The notes under the pieces: model-generated
Told to the model about the DNA's origin: nothing
What the model saw: the letters and a program-made list of their open reading frames with translations, nothing else
Database searches by the model: none
Position numbers and translations under genes: made by a program
From: Firmicutes bacterium UBA2203
GTDB taxonomy: Bacteria; Bacillota; Desulfotomaculia; Desulfotomaculales; Nap2-2B
Direction of reading: 5' to 3'
DNA: 64,000 bases
Assembly (NCBI GenBank): GCA_002327235.1
Contig: DCUX01000004.1
Location: 28,020 to 92,019, forward strand
Shown: in pieces, positions 26,219-35,271 of the stretch
Layout of the letters: every line of letters starts with the position of its first letter
Numbering within the stretch: the first letter of the stretch is position 1

Positions 26219-27337
26219 GTGGAAATACTGTTAGAGGAAAAATTGTATTGGTTGGGATGGCAATTACTGTTACCTGGTTCGGCTAGACAAATATGGCGCC
26301 TGGTAGAACGATTAGGCTCTCCCCGAAAAGCCTGGTTAGCTTCCGAGAAAGAATTATTAGATCAGGGGGGACTTAAACCGGAAACGGCCGTCCAACTGGT
26401 TAAACAAAGGGACATGCTGGAATTGGAAAATGAATTGGCTAGGTTGGAAGAAAATCAGATTTCATACCTTTTGTATCACGAACCGGCTTATCCCGAGCTT
26501 TTGCGCCATATTTTTGACCCTCCTCCGGGTTTATTTGTCCGGGGAAGACTGTTATCCGAAGATAACCCGGCGGTATCTATTGTGGGTTCGCGTAGACCCA
26601 CTCCTTATGGTTTATCTGTAAGTGAAAAGTTGGCTAGAGAACTGGCGCAGGCAGGAATAACGGTGGTCAGTGGGATGGCGCGCGGCATTGACACCGCGGC
26701 CCATAGAGGAGCCTTGCAGGGTGGGGGACGTACTATTGCCGTTCTAGGTTGCGGAATAGATGTAATTTATCCCCGGGAAAACCAGCGCCTTTACGCCCAA
26801 ATTATTTCAACCGGGGCGGTGGTCAGTGAATTTCCTTGCGGTTCACCCCCCGAAGCCTGGCATTTTCCTGTCCGCAACCGGCTTATAAGCGGTCTGGCCA
26901 GGGCGCTAGTGGTTGTCGAGGCGGGAGAAAAAAGTGGGGCCTTAATTACCGCCGACCTTGCTTTAGAGCAGGGGCGGGAGGTAATGGCTGTACCGGGCAA
27001 TATTACCAGTAATTTGAGCCGGGGACCTAATATTTTAATTAAGCAGGGCGCCCGTTTGGTAGAAGGAGGAAAAGATATTTTAGAGGAAATAGGCTTAGGG
27101 ACGCTTTTCAAACCTAAAGTTACTTCAGCGAATAACCCGGCCTTGACCACGGAAGAAGAGAGAATTTACCAGCTATTATCGTATGAGCTTGTTTCCCTTG
27201 ATGCGTTGATTGAAAGGACAGGGTTAACAGCCTCTCAAGTGCTGTCTGCTTTAATGTTTTTAGAAATAAAGGGACTGGTTAACCAGTTTCCAGGTAAGTT
27301 TTATACCCGGCGGGATGCAGCAGGATCTAAACAATAA
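26219..27337 (+). CDS. dprA: DNA processing protein DprA (Smf)
   Basis: 372 aa. Rossmann-like DprA core (VSGMARGIDTAAHRGAL, VLGCGIDVIYP) and a C-terminal winged-helix-like tail. Confidence 0.92.
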   Translation: MEILLEEKLYWLGWQLLLPGSARQIWRLVERLGSPRKAWLASEKELLDQGGLKPETAVQLVKQRDMLELENELARLEENQISYLLYHEPAYPELLRHIFDPPPGLFVRGRLLSEDNPAVSIVGSRRPTPYGLSVSEKLARELAQAGITVVSGMARGIDTAAHRGALQGGGRTIAVLGCGIDVIYPRENQRLYAQIISTGAVVSEFPCGSPPEAWHFPVRNRLISGLARALVVVEAGEKSGALITADLALEQGREVMAVPGNITSNLSRGPNILIKQGARLVEGGKDILEEIGLGTLFKPKVTSANNPALTTEEERIYQLLSYELVSLDALIERTGLTASQVLSALMFLEIKGLVNQFPGKFYTRRDAAGSKQ

Positions 27338-27339
27338 AA

Positions 27340-27414
27340 AAGGAAAGAAGCAAAAAGGAAGCAAGTAGAACGTCCCCTTGCTTCTCCTTGCTCCCCCTTG
27401 CTTCATTGCTTCAC
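27340..27414 (+). repeat. family E heptad-arm hairpin
   Basis: GGAAAGAAGCAAAAAGGAAGCAAG - TAGAACGTCCC - CTTGCTTCTCCTTGCTCCCCCTTGCTTCATTGCTTC. It shares the GGAAGC..ACGTC..TTGCTTC core with 26039-26075. Confidence 0.75.
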
Positions 27415-27479
27415 CGGCGGGCCTGTCCGCTTCGCAACAGGCGGGCAAGATTTTGTGGCAATTAAGGAGGAAAGCTAAC

Positions 27480-29594
27480 GTGGCCGATACGCTATTAATT
27501 GTAGAATCTCCTACTAAAGCTAAAAGCTTGAGTCTTTTCTTAGGGAAAAAATACGTGGTTAAAGCCTCTATGGGGCACCTTCGTGATTTGCCTAAAAGCC
27601 GGCTTGGGGTGGAGGTAGAGCAAGAATTTAAACCCCAATATATTCCGGTACGGGGTAAAGGTAAAATCATTAAAGAGTTAAAGGAAGCGGTAAAAAATGC
27701 TAACCGGGTTCTTCTTGCCTCCGACCCCGACCGGGAGGGAGAAGCCATTGCCTGGCATATACAAAATTTACTAGAGCTTAAATCAGATGAACCGTGCCGG
27801 GTTGAGTTTAGCGAAATAACCAAACAAAGCGTAATTCAAGCGCTGGAAAACCCCCGCTATATTGATTACAACCGGGTTAACGCCCAGCAAGCCAGGCGCA
27901 TTTTAGACCGCCTGGTAGGTTATAATTTGAGTCCCTTATTATGGCGAAAAATAAAAAAGGGATTAAGCGCCGGAAGGGTGCAATCAGCTGCCTTGCGTCT
28001 TATTTGTGACCGGGAAGAAGAAATTAAAGCTTTTATTCCCGAGGAATACTGGTCTTTAACGGCAAAGTTAAGCCAAGATGAAAAAAAATATTTTTTAGCC
28101 CGCCTGTATAAAATAGGAAATAAAAAAGCTGCTCTTAGTTGTCAGGATGAGGTGGAAAATATTATGAAGGAGTTGGCGCCGGCTCAGTATCAGGTGGTAA
28201 AAAAAGAGCGCACTAAAAAATCGCGCCAGCCGGTAACTCCTTTTACCACCAGCAGTTTACAGCAGGAAGCCTCCCGTAGGCTTAATTTTACCCCGCAAAA
28301 GACAATGTTGCTCGCGCAGCAGCTTTACGAAGGGTTAGACTTAGGTCCGGAAGGAACAACCGGTTTAATAACTTATATCCGGACTGATTCCACGCGGGTA
28401 GCCGAATCAATCCAGGAAGAGGCCAGATTATATATAAAACGCCACTTTGGGGCGGGTTACGTTCCCTTAAAACTACGTAAAATAAAGCCCAAGGGCCGGA
28501 TTCAAGATGCTCACGAAGCTATTCGCCCAACCAGCGTGTGGCGTGAACCACAGGCTGTAAAAACTTACCTGACCGGTGACCAGTATAAACTTTATAACTT
28601 AATTTGGTTGCGTTTTATAGCCAGTCAAATGAGTCCGGCGGTTATTGAAACAGTTACCGTGGATATTTCTGCTGGACGGTGTATTTTCCGGGCGGTAGGG
28701 TCAAACGTTAAGTTTGATGGCTTTATGAAGGTATACGTAGAATCTTTAGATAATGAGCCGGACGCAGAGTCAGAGGCAAAAAAATTGCCTGATTTAAAAG
28801 AAGGGGAACTGCTTAAACTTAAGGAATTGCTTCCCAAGCAGCATTTTACCCAACCGCCCCCGCGTTATACCGAAGCAACCCTGGTTAAAACCCTGGAGGA
28901 AAAAGGCATTGGGCGGCCCAGCACTTACGTGCCTATTATTGATACCATTCAAAAGCGCGGCTACGTTACCCGCAAAAGCAAACAGTTTATTCCTACCGAA
29001 TTAGGAATTATGGTTACCGATTTACTAAAAAAGTTTTTTCCGCATATAGTTGACGTTAAGTTTACCGCGGAAATGGAAGAAAAGTTAGACCGGGTGGAAG
29101 AAGGGCAAACCCAATGGGTAGACATTTTAAAGGAGTTTTACCAGCCTTTTCAACAAACAATATTACGGGCCGAAGCCGAAGCCAAAGCCAACCACCCGGA
29201 AATAAAAGAAGAAGTAACTAAGGAAGTCTGTGATCTCTGTGGCCGGAACATGGTTGTTAAAACCGGGCGGTACGGGAAATTTTTAGCCTGTCCAGGGTTT
29301 CCAGATTGCCGTAATGTAAAGCCTTTTTTAAAAACAACCGGCGCATTTTGTCCGTTATGTGGAGGAGAAATAGTCTTGCGCCGGACAAAAAAAGGCCGTT
29401 CTTTTTATGGGTGTAAAAATTATCCAAAATGTAATTTTATTACCTGGGAACCTCCCAGCCAGGAAAAATGCCCGGTGTGCCATAGTTTAATGGTGGTTAA
29501 AAGCACGCGCGGTCAAAAAGAAACCTTAAAGTGTATTAACCAGGAATGTAAAAAGGAGATAGTGAAAAACAAGGAAGCAAAGGCAAAAAATTAA
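27480..29594 (+). CDS. topA: DNA topoisomerase I
   Basis: GTG 27480 follows AAGGAGG and gives VADTLLIVESPTKA (Toprim). C-terminal Cys4 zinc ribbons are present. The track start at 27378 lies inside the repeat. Confidence 0.95.
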   Translation: MADTLLIVESPTKAKSLSLFLGKKYVVKASMGHLRDLPKSRLGVEVEQEFKPQYIPVRGKGKIIKELKEAVKNANRVLLASDPDREGEAIAWHIQNLLELKSDEPCRVEFSEITKQSVIQALENPRYIDYNRVNAQQARRILDRLVGYNLSPLLWRKIKKGLSAGRVQSAALRLICDREEEIKAFIPEEYWSLTAKLSQDEKKYFLARLYKIGNKKAALSCQDEVENIMKELAPAQYQVVKKERTKKSRQPVTPFTTSSLQQEASRRLNFTPQKTMLLAQQLYEGLDLGPEGTTGLITYIRTDSTRVAESIQEEARLYIKRHFGAGYVPLKLRKIKPKGRIQDAHEAIRPTSVWREPQAVKTYLTGDQYKLYNLIWLRFIASQMSPAVIETVTVDISAGRCIFRAVGSNVKFDGFMKVYVESLDNEPDAESEAKKLPDLKEGELLKLKELLPKQHFTQPPPRYTEATLVKTLEEKGIGRPSTYVPIIDTIQKRGYVTRKSKQFIPTELGIMVTDLLKKFFPHIVDVKFTAEMEEKLDRVEEGQTQWVDILKEFYQPFQQTILRAEAEAKANHPEIKEEVTKEVCDLCGRNMVVKTGRYGKFLACPGFPDCRNVKPFLKTTGAFCPLCGGEIVLRRTKKGRSFYGCKNYPKCNFITWEPPSQEKCPVCHSLMVVKSTRGQKETLKCINQECKKEIVKNKEAKAKN

Positions 29595-29595
29595 A

Positions 29596-29645
29596 GTAAC
29601 TATTCAGGTAGACCTTTGACCCTTTGAACCTGAGTTAGTTATAAA
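29596..29645. repeat. family B element, minimal copy (both termini, core missing)
   Basis: GTAACTATTCAGGTAG-A-CCTTTGACCCTTTGAACCTGAGTTAGTTATAAA aligns with both ends of 4146-4282. Confidence 0.75.
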
Positions 29646-29654
29646 AAAGTTAGG

Positions 29655-30569
29655 ATGGTAAAATTGTACGACTATATTGATGACTTTTTAGCTTATTTAC
29701 AAGTGGAAAAGAATGCCTCTCCCCATACCCTAAAAAATTACCAGCTTGATTTATTTCAAGGACTGGATTATTTTAAACGAACCTTAAAAAAAGAGGACTT
29801 TCAAATCGCACCGGCTGATTTGAATTACCCCTTGTTACGGGCGTACCTGGCCAATTTAAAAGCGAAAGGTTTAGCCAGCACTACTTTAGCGCGTAAACTG
29901 GCGGCCTGGCGTTCGTTTTACCGCTTTTTAAACCGCGAAGGCAAGGTTAATCAAAACCCCTTCCTAAAAATAACTTACCCAAAACATCGGGCCAAATTAC
30001 CCCGTTTTCTTTTTCCTGACCAGTGCTGTTTGTTAATGGAGGTGGCCCGGGGCACCGATCCTTTAAGTCAGCGAAACTTGGCGATACTGGAGTGTCTTTA
30101 TGCCAGCGGCAGCAGGGTTAGTGAACTGGTTAATCTTAACCTGGCTAACGTTGACCTGGCCGCAGGTTACCTTAAGGTTACCGGCAAAGGGGCCCGTGAG
30201 CGTTTGGTTCCAGTAGGCAAGTACGCCGTTGAAGCTTTAAGACGGTACTTATTTGGCGGCCGGCAGGATTTAGTTAATCCGGATAAGACAGAGGAAGCTG
30301 TTTTTTTGAATTACCGGGGAGACCGCCTTTCGGCGCGGGGGATACGTAAAATATTAGCTAAATTAATTCGTCAATCCAGCCTGACCTACCGTATAAGCCC
30401 GCACGTGCTGCGGCATTCTTTTGCCACCCATATGCTGAACAACGGCGCGGATTTAAGGGCGGTCCAAGAATTGCTAGGACACGTGAGGCTGGCTACCACC
30501 CAAATATACACCCACGTAACCAAGGAAAAGTTAAAGCAGGTATACCGGCAAGCCCACCCGCGGGCTTAA
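29655..30569 (+). CDS. xerC: tyrosine recombinase XerC (CodV-like)
   Basis: 304 aa with the catalytic region HVLRHSFATHML ... LLGHVRLATTQIYTHV. Confidence 0.9.
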   Translation: MVKLYDYIDDFLAYLQVEKNASPHTLKNYQLDLFQGLDYFKRTLKKEDFQIAPADLNYPLLRAYLANLKAKGLASTTLARKLAAWRSFYRFLNREGKVNQNPFLKITYPKHRAKLPRFLFPDQCCLLMEVARGTDPLSQRNLAILECLYASGSRVSELVNLNLANVDLAAGYLKVTGKGARERLVPVGKYAVEALRRYLFGGRQDLVNPDKTEEAVFLNYRGDRLSARGIRKILAKLIRQSSLTYRISPHVLRHSFATHMLNNGADLRAVQELLGHVRLATTQIYTHVTKEKLKQVYRQAHPRA

Positions 30570-30595
30570 AAATACAGGCTTAAAATATAAAAATT

Positions 30596-30619
30596 AAGCG
30601 GCAGGATATTCTGCCGCTT
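30596..30619. terminator. bidirectional hairpin terminator (better U-tract for the minus-strand gene)
   Basis: AAGCGGCAG-GATATT-CTGCCGCTT, a 9-bp stem. The minus strand continues AATTTTTATATTTT. Confidence 0.75.
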
Positions 30620-30643
30620 TAAATAAGACCCCTTTTGTAATTT

Positions 30644-31627
30644 TTAAGGATCAACCGGTGTAGCTGACTGGATAGTATCAAGGAAAACATTAAAGATAGT
30701 TAAACCAACAGCCGTACGCTGGAAGGTAATGGTACAGACAGTGGTGCTGTCATGAACTGCAGGGGGGGTAGCTGTATCAGTGAATTCAAGTGGTACGGGG
30801 AAAGTAACTGTTTTTGCAGTAACCGGGTCTGTAAAGCTTATTGTGTCCAGTCCCCCGGCAAAGCCGCCCACTTCGGCAAAGGAAGCCGCCCCGGCAGCAT
30901 TGGTTTTCTTGGTTATGCTTACGGTGGTAGTGTCTACTTTCCGGGTAAGGGTGACATCCACATTTGGTATACCCGTTCCCACTGCCTCCAGAAGGTTAAT
31001 GACCGGCGGACTCTGGCACCTTTGAGGCGGGTAAAGAGGCGCATCGGGTGGGCAGACAAACGGCTGGGGCGGTGGACTGCAAGGATCCAGTTCGCAAAAA
31101 CCGTAGCTTGGTACAAGAAGCTTAACCAGGGCTTTAACCTGAATTTCTTTGCAGACCTTTACCTGGCTCCAAATAAGTTGATTACCGGTGACAGGGTCGG
31201 TAACCACACCGCACTCACAATCGCCAACGTCAAGAATTTGACATTGGACCAATGTTCCAAGAGGGGCCCACATAAAGGCCTGGGTTATAGCCTGAAGAGT
31301 GGTAGTATAAGTAGTAACTAAATTTCCGTTTACGTCCCTTATTTCTCCGGTAATGCCTACCCGGTTAACTACTTTAACGGGCCGGTAGTAAGGCGGATTA
31401 AAATCACCAAATCCGGCAAAAAAACAAACGGCACTGCCTGGCACTACACTACAGGTGCAGGTAGAACCTGCCGGTATAGGAACCGGAGCAGGTATACTAC
31501 CTCCAAGAAGTTCCTCGGCGGCACATTGGTCGTAAACTTTGAGCACCTCGATGCAATCTTTTTCCGTATACGGCGGGCAATTTGGAGTCCCGTCTACAAA
31601 CGGGCACTTACCTGGTTTAATGGCCAT
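30644..31627 (-). CDS. hypothetical protein rich in Cys and Pro (16 Cys), with no signal peptide
   Basis: 327-aa ORF with GGAGGG 8 nt upstream of the ATG. N-terminal Cys motifs (KCPF, NCPPY, DCIEVLKVYDQC), a beta-rich middle, the Pro/Cys linker CSPPPQPFVCPPDAPLYPPQRCQSPP, and a T/V-rich C-terminal beta domain. No family recognised. Confidence 0.8.
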   Translation of the reverse strand: MAIKPGKCPFVDGTPNCPPYTEKDCIEVLKVYDQCAAEELLGGSIPAPVPIPAGSTCTCSVVPGSAVCFFAGFGDFNPPYYRPVKVVNRVGITGEIRDVNGNLVTTYTTTLQAITQAFMWAPLGTLVQCQILDVGDCECGVVTDPVTGNQLIWSQVKVCKEIQVKALVKLLVPSYGFCELDPCSPPPQPFVCPPDAPLYPPQRCQSPPVINLLEAVGTGIPNVDVTLTRKVDTTTVSITKKTNAAGAASFAEVGGFAGGLDTISFTDPVTAKTVTFPVPLEFTDTATPPAVHDSTTVCTITFQRTAVGLTIFNVFLDTIQSATPVDP

Positions 31628-31932
31628 AATAGATTCCCTCCTTTCTTTAAAGTAATACTATATTGAGCATCTAAAACAATATATGGGAAACATATGCTAA
31701 GTGTTACCATATAAAACATAATATGGTATTATATAAACCTGAAATGTTTTAAATAAAAAAATTTTCTAGCCTAAGTAAAAAGAAATTTCTTTTCCCACAA
31801 GGTGATGATAATAAAGCGAAGGGGCAATAAAGCGGTTTTTCCGATAGTTTCCTTTAAGGTTTATATGGGACATTATGGCTATAAATACATATAATAACTA
31901 AAAGAGATTAGGCCTAAAAGGAGGCTTATTTT

Positions 31933-32262
31933 ATGAATTTAGAAATAAGTGCTAATCCAGAATTTAATCATGAACCGGAGAAAAACGAAGAAAAACAAGA
32001 AAAACAACCAGAAATAACCGCCGAAAGAGAAATTAAGGCTGAAGCAAGAAAAACTAAAGACGAACAAGTCCCGGCGTATTTTGCTGATTTACCGCGCACG
32101 GTTATAGAATACGCGCAACAATCAATGGTACCTCCTCAAGTAATTGAGTATTATAAGCAATACGGTCTGGATGAACAGATTATAAAAATTTTGTTTCACG
32201 TGCAACCTTATGACGATGCTTCATATAAGCCGGTCAATGACTTAACGGGCCATATTTGCTGA
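31933..32262 (+). CDS. hypothetical protein with an acidic, Lys-rich N-terminus
   Basis: 109-aa ORF with AAAGGAGG upstream. No family recognised. Confidence 0.6.
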   Translation: MNLEISANPEFNHEPEKNEEKQEKQPEITAEREIKAEARKTKDEQVPAYFADLPRTVIEYAQQSMVPPQVIEYYKQYGLDEQIIKILFHVQPYDDASYKPVNDLTGHIC

Positions 32263-32452
32263 AAAAAGTATCGGGCTAGCGGGCTAGCGCAACATAAGAA
32301 CACCGGTTAGCAGTTGCCAGAAAAATATTAGTTTCTTACAGTGCCTGACGGCGAGTTGCCGGTTATAAAAATATAGTAAAACGCTTGCCGTTTTACTGAA
32401 TACTTACTGTGGGTTAATATTTTGTTGGCAAAAATTAACCTTAGGGGGGTGA

Positions 32453-33142
32453 ATGGCTATGTCTAATATATTGTCTAGCTTTAAAAAAAGGTTTTACGCT
32501 TCTTTTAACCTTCCTTTAGCCAGTTATCCTTTAGATTGCCGGGTTGCTGAAGCATATTTATATAGTAAGCTGCTTGAAGATAAAACACTTTTAACCTTCG
32601 GCAAATACAATCTTATTTTTTGTTTTAGTAACCATCATAAGGATTTTTACCCGGTACATTTAACCAGCCGGACATTTTGCGAAAAATTTGAGGTGACCGA
32701 AACACTGCCGAAAGACATGGAAATCAAGCTGTATTTTAACCAGCCTTTATCCGCTACCACGCGCCTTGGCACGCAACAAAACCCAACCCTATTAAGTTCG
32801 CTAAAAAATATTTTTTTATTTCTTACTTGGGTGGAGGTACAGATAGAGGGAGAAATTACGATTGAATTTATCACCAATAAAGCTCAAGAAACAGCGGAAA
32901 CAGCTAAAATTATACCCGGTAAAAGACTAAACGTAACTTGTTTTGAGCAAAAGAATATGTTGGTTAATCAGGCGGAGGTAGCTCAAGCAGGCGTAAAACA
33001 AATAAAGCCTGACGCGGCAACGGGGGTTACCATACCATTCCCGGCTTTATACCCTGCATACACAAATCAAATACCTGACCAGATGAAGTTGCGCCAGACT
33101 TTTTTTCAAAAATATACTCCTCCTCCCAGTAAACCGGGGTAA
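32453..33142 (+). CDS. hypothetical protein
   Basis: 229-aa ORF with AGGGGGG upstream. No TM helix or signal peptide. No family recognised. Confidence 0.6.
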   Translation: MAMSNILSSFKKRFYASFNLPLASYPLDCRVAEAYLYSKLLEDKTLLTFGKYNLIFCFSNHHKDFYPVHLTSRTFCEKFEVTETLPKDMEIKLYFNQPLSATTRLGTQQNPTLLSSLKNIFLFLTWVEVQIEGEITIEFITNKAQETAETAKIIPGKRLNVTCFEQKNMLVNQAEVAQAGVKQIKPDAATGVTIPFPALYPAYTNQIPDQMKLRQTFFQKYTPPPSKPG

Positions 33143-33250
33143 TTAACAGGGAATTTAAAATAATAAAAATAATAAAAAGAATAAAGAGTTTTAAACTTGC
33201 CTTATTGGTTATAGTTGTGATAAATTAATGCATAGTAGGCTTGGGTATGA

Positions 33251-33289
33251 ATAAAGCCTTTTTATAAATTTTTTATAAAAAGGCTTTAT
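33251..33289. repeat. perfect 18-bp AT-rich hairpin directly upstream of hslV
   Basis: ATAAAGCCTTTTTATAAA-TTT-TTTATAAAAAGGCTTTAT. Confidence 0.85.
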
Positions 33290-33297
33290 AAAAAAAG

Positions 33298-33852
33298 GTG
33301 GCGAATTTTTTTTTGTTTCACGGCACTACGGTAGTAGCCGTAAAAAAAAATAATCAGGTGGCTTTAGCTGGAGATGGTCAGGTAACCTTTGCGCAAAATA
33401 CAATTTTAAAACACCGCGCCCGAAAAATACGCCGTTTGTATAACGGGCAAGTGCTGGCCGGTTTTGCGGGGGCGGTGGCTGATGCTTTTACTTTGTTTGA
33501 TAAATTTGAAAAAAAACTGGAGTCATACAGCGGGAATTTAGCCAGGGCGGCCGTTGAACTAGCTAAAGAATGGCGAACAGACCGTTTTTTACGTCGTTTG
33601 GAAGCGCTGCTTATCGTAGCTAATCAGGAAAGCTTATTAATAATATCCGGTAACGGAGAAGTAATTGATCCTGATGACGGAGTAGCGGCCATAGGCTCTG
33701 GTGGGCCGTACGCGTTAGCTGCGGCGCGTGCTTTAGTCAAATATACTGATTTAACGGCCAGCCAGGTTGCTTACGAAGCCCTGTCCATTGCCGCCGGTAT
33801 TTGTGTTTATACTAATACGGAAATAACTGTGGAAGAACTGGGAGGAAAATGA
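33298..33852 (+). CDS. hslV: ATP-dependent protease subunit HslV (ClpQ/CodW)
   Basis: 184 aa, collinear with B. subtilis CodW (FHGTTVVAV ... [14 protein letters not shown]). The start could be GTG 33298 or TTG 33313. Confidence 0.93.
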   Translation: MANFFLFHGTTVVAVKKNNQVALAGDGQVTFAQNTILKHRARKIRRLYNGQVLAGFAGAVADAFTLFDKFEKKLESYSGNLARAAVELAKEWRTDRFLRRLEALLIVANQESLLIISGNGEVIDPDDGVAAIGSGGPYALAAARALVKYTDLTASQVAYEALSIAAGICVYTNTEITVEELGGK

Positions 33853-33853
33853 A

Positions 33854-35254
33854 GTGGAAGAGCTAACCCCACAGCAAATTGTTAATGAGCTGGATAAATA
33901 CATTATTAGCCAGCAGGAAGCAAAAAAAGCCGTTGCCATTGCTTTACGCAACCGTTACCGGCGCAGCAAGCTGCCGCCGGAACTCCAGGAAGAGGTGGTG
34001 CCGAAAAATATTCTTATGATTGGCCCGACGGGAGTGGGAAAGACAGAAATTGCCCGGCGTTTAGCCCGTTTGGTAAAAGCTCCTTTTATAAAGGTAGAGG
34101 CGACTAAATTCACGGAAGTTGGTTATGTGGGCCGGGATGTAGAAAGCATGGTTCGTGACCTGGTAGAAACTTCCATCAGAATGACCAAACAGGAAAAAAT
34201 GTTTTTGGTCCAAGATAAAGCAAGGGAATTAGCCCAGGAACGCCTGGTTGAACTTTTAGTGCCTTTACCGTGTTCTGAAGTTTCCGCACCCAATCCCCTA
34301 GAAATGATTTTTGGGGGGGGTGCAAAACAAACGAAGCCAAAAGACCAGCTATCAGAAAAAAGGGACCAAGCCTTTTACCTGGAACGGGAAAGCCTGCGGG
34401 AAAAGTTAAGGCAAGGGGAATTGGAGCAAGAATATGTGGAAATAGAAGTTGAAGATACCGTATCGCCTATGTTAGAGGTTTTTACCGGTACTGGTATGGA
34501 GGAAATAGGTATTAATATGCAGGATATGCTGGGGGGTTTTTTCCCGAAAAAAAAGCGGAAACGTAAAGTAACGGTTACCGAGGCCCGTAAGATTCTTACC
34601 CAGCAGGAAGCTCAAAAATTAATTGATATGGATGAAGTTACTTCTCAGGCCATCCAGCGGGCCGAAGAGCACGGGATTGTTTTTTTGGACGAAATTGATA
34701 AAATAGCCAGTCTTGATACCACCGGCGGCCCTGATGTTTCCAGAGGCGGGGTACAAAGGGACATTCTTCCTATTGTAGAAGGCTCAACGGTAATAACCAG
34801 GTACGGACCGGTTAAAACTGATTATATTCTTTTTATTGCCGCGGGCGCCTTCAGTACAGTAAAACCTTCTGATCTTATTCCGGAATTGCAGGGGCGTTTC
34901 CCTATCCGGGTAACCTTGAATAGTCTTACCGAAGCAGATTTTTTGCAGATATTAACGGAACCACAAAATGCTTTAATTAAACAATACACGGCTTTGTTAG
35001 CCACCGAGGAGGTAAAAATAGAATTTTCAAAAAATTCACTTGCCGAAATTGCAAAAATCGCGTATAATGTAAACACGCGTACCGAAAATATTGGGGCCCG
35101 GCGTTTATACACCATTACCGAAAAACTTTTAGAAGAGCTGTCTTTTAACGCGCCAAGTTTAAAAGGACAGACTTTTATTATTGACGAAAATTACGTCAGG
35201 CAAAAATTAAGCACCATTGTCAAAGATGAAGATGTGAGTCGCTATATTCTTTAG
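33854..35254 (+). CDS. hslU: ATP-dependent protease ATPase subunit HslU (ClpY/CodX)
   Basis: 466 aa with Walker [16 protein letters not shown] and Walker B FLDEIDKI. Confidence 0.95.
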   Translation: MEELTPQQIVNELDKYIISQQEAKKAVAIALRNRYRRSKLPPELQEEVVPKNILMIGPTGVGKTEIARRLARLVKAPFIKVEATKFTEVGYVGRDVESMVRDLVETSIRMTKQEKMFLVQDKARELAQERLVELLVPLPCSEVSAPNPLEMIFGGGAKQTKPKDQLSEKRDQAFYLERESLREKLRQGELEQEYVEIEVEDTVSPMLEVFTGTGMEEIGINMQDMLGGFFPKKKRKRKVTVTEARKILTQQEAQKLIDMDEVTSQAIQRAEEHGIVFLDEIDKIASLDTTGGPDVSRGGVQRDILPIVEGSTVITRYGPVKTDYILFIAAGAFSTVKPSDLIPELQGRFPIRVTLNSLTEADFLQILTEPQNALIKQYTALLATEEVKIEFSKNSLAEIAKIAYNVNTRTENIGARRLYTITEKLLEELSFNAPSLKGQTFIIDENYVRQKLSTIVKDEDVSRYIL

Positions 35255-35271
35255 TTTAGTTAAAAAGGAGA

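Noticed and set aside
27378-27479. Upstream extensions of ORF-track starts (topA 27378; likewise 21311, 24134, 51149, 52826, 58722 and 62032)
   Set aside because: The extensions lack SDs, lie in repeats or upstream genes, and precede well-placed SD-start pairs that match the conserved N-termini.
27260-27823. A 187-aa minus-strand ORF spanning the dprA end, the family E repeat and the topA start
   Set aside because: It is antisense to two well-supported genes and a repeat, and no family is recognisable.
30752-31321. A 189-aa plus-strand ORF (and 30780-31025) opposite the 327-aa gene
   Set aside because: The translation is R/G/K-rich and low in information, and there is no SD. The minus-strand ORF is longer, has GGAGGG 8 nt before its ATG, and has a terminator after its stop.
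31628-31932. Specific SigK or SigE promoter calls in the AT-rich divergent region of the orphan insertion
   Set aside because: CATA-type -10 strings are present, but I found no correctly spaced -35 partner. This is left as a hypothesis inside the insertion finding.
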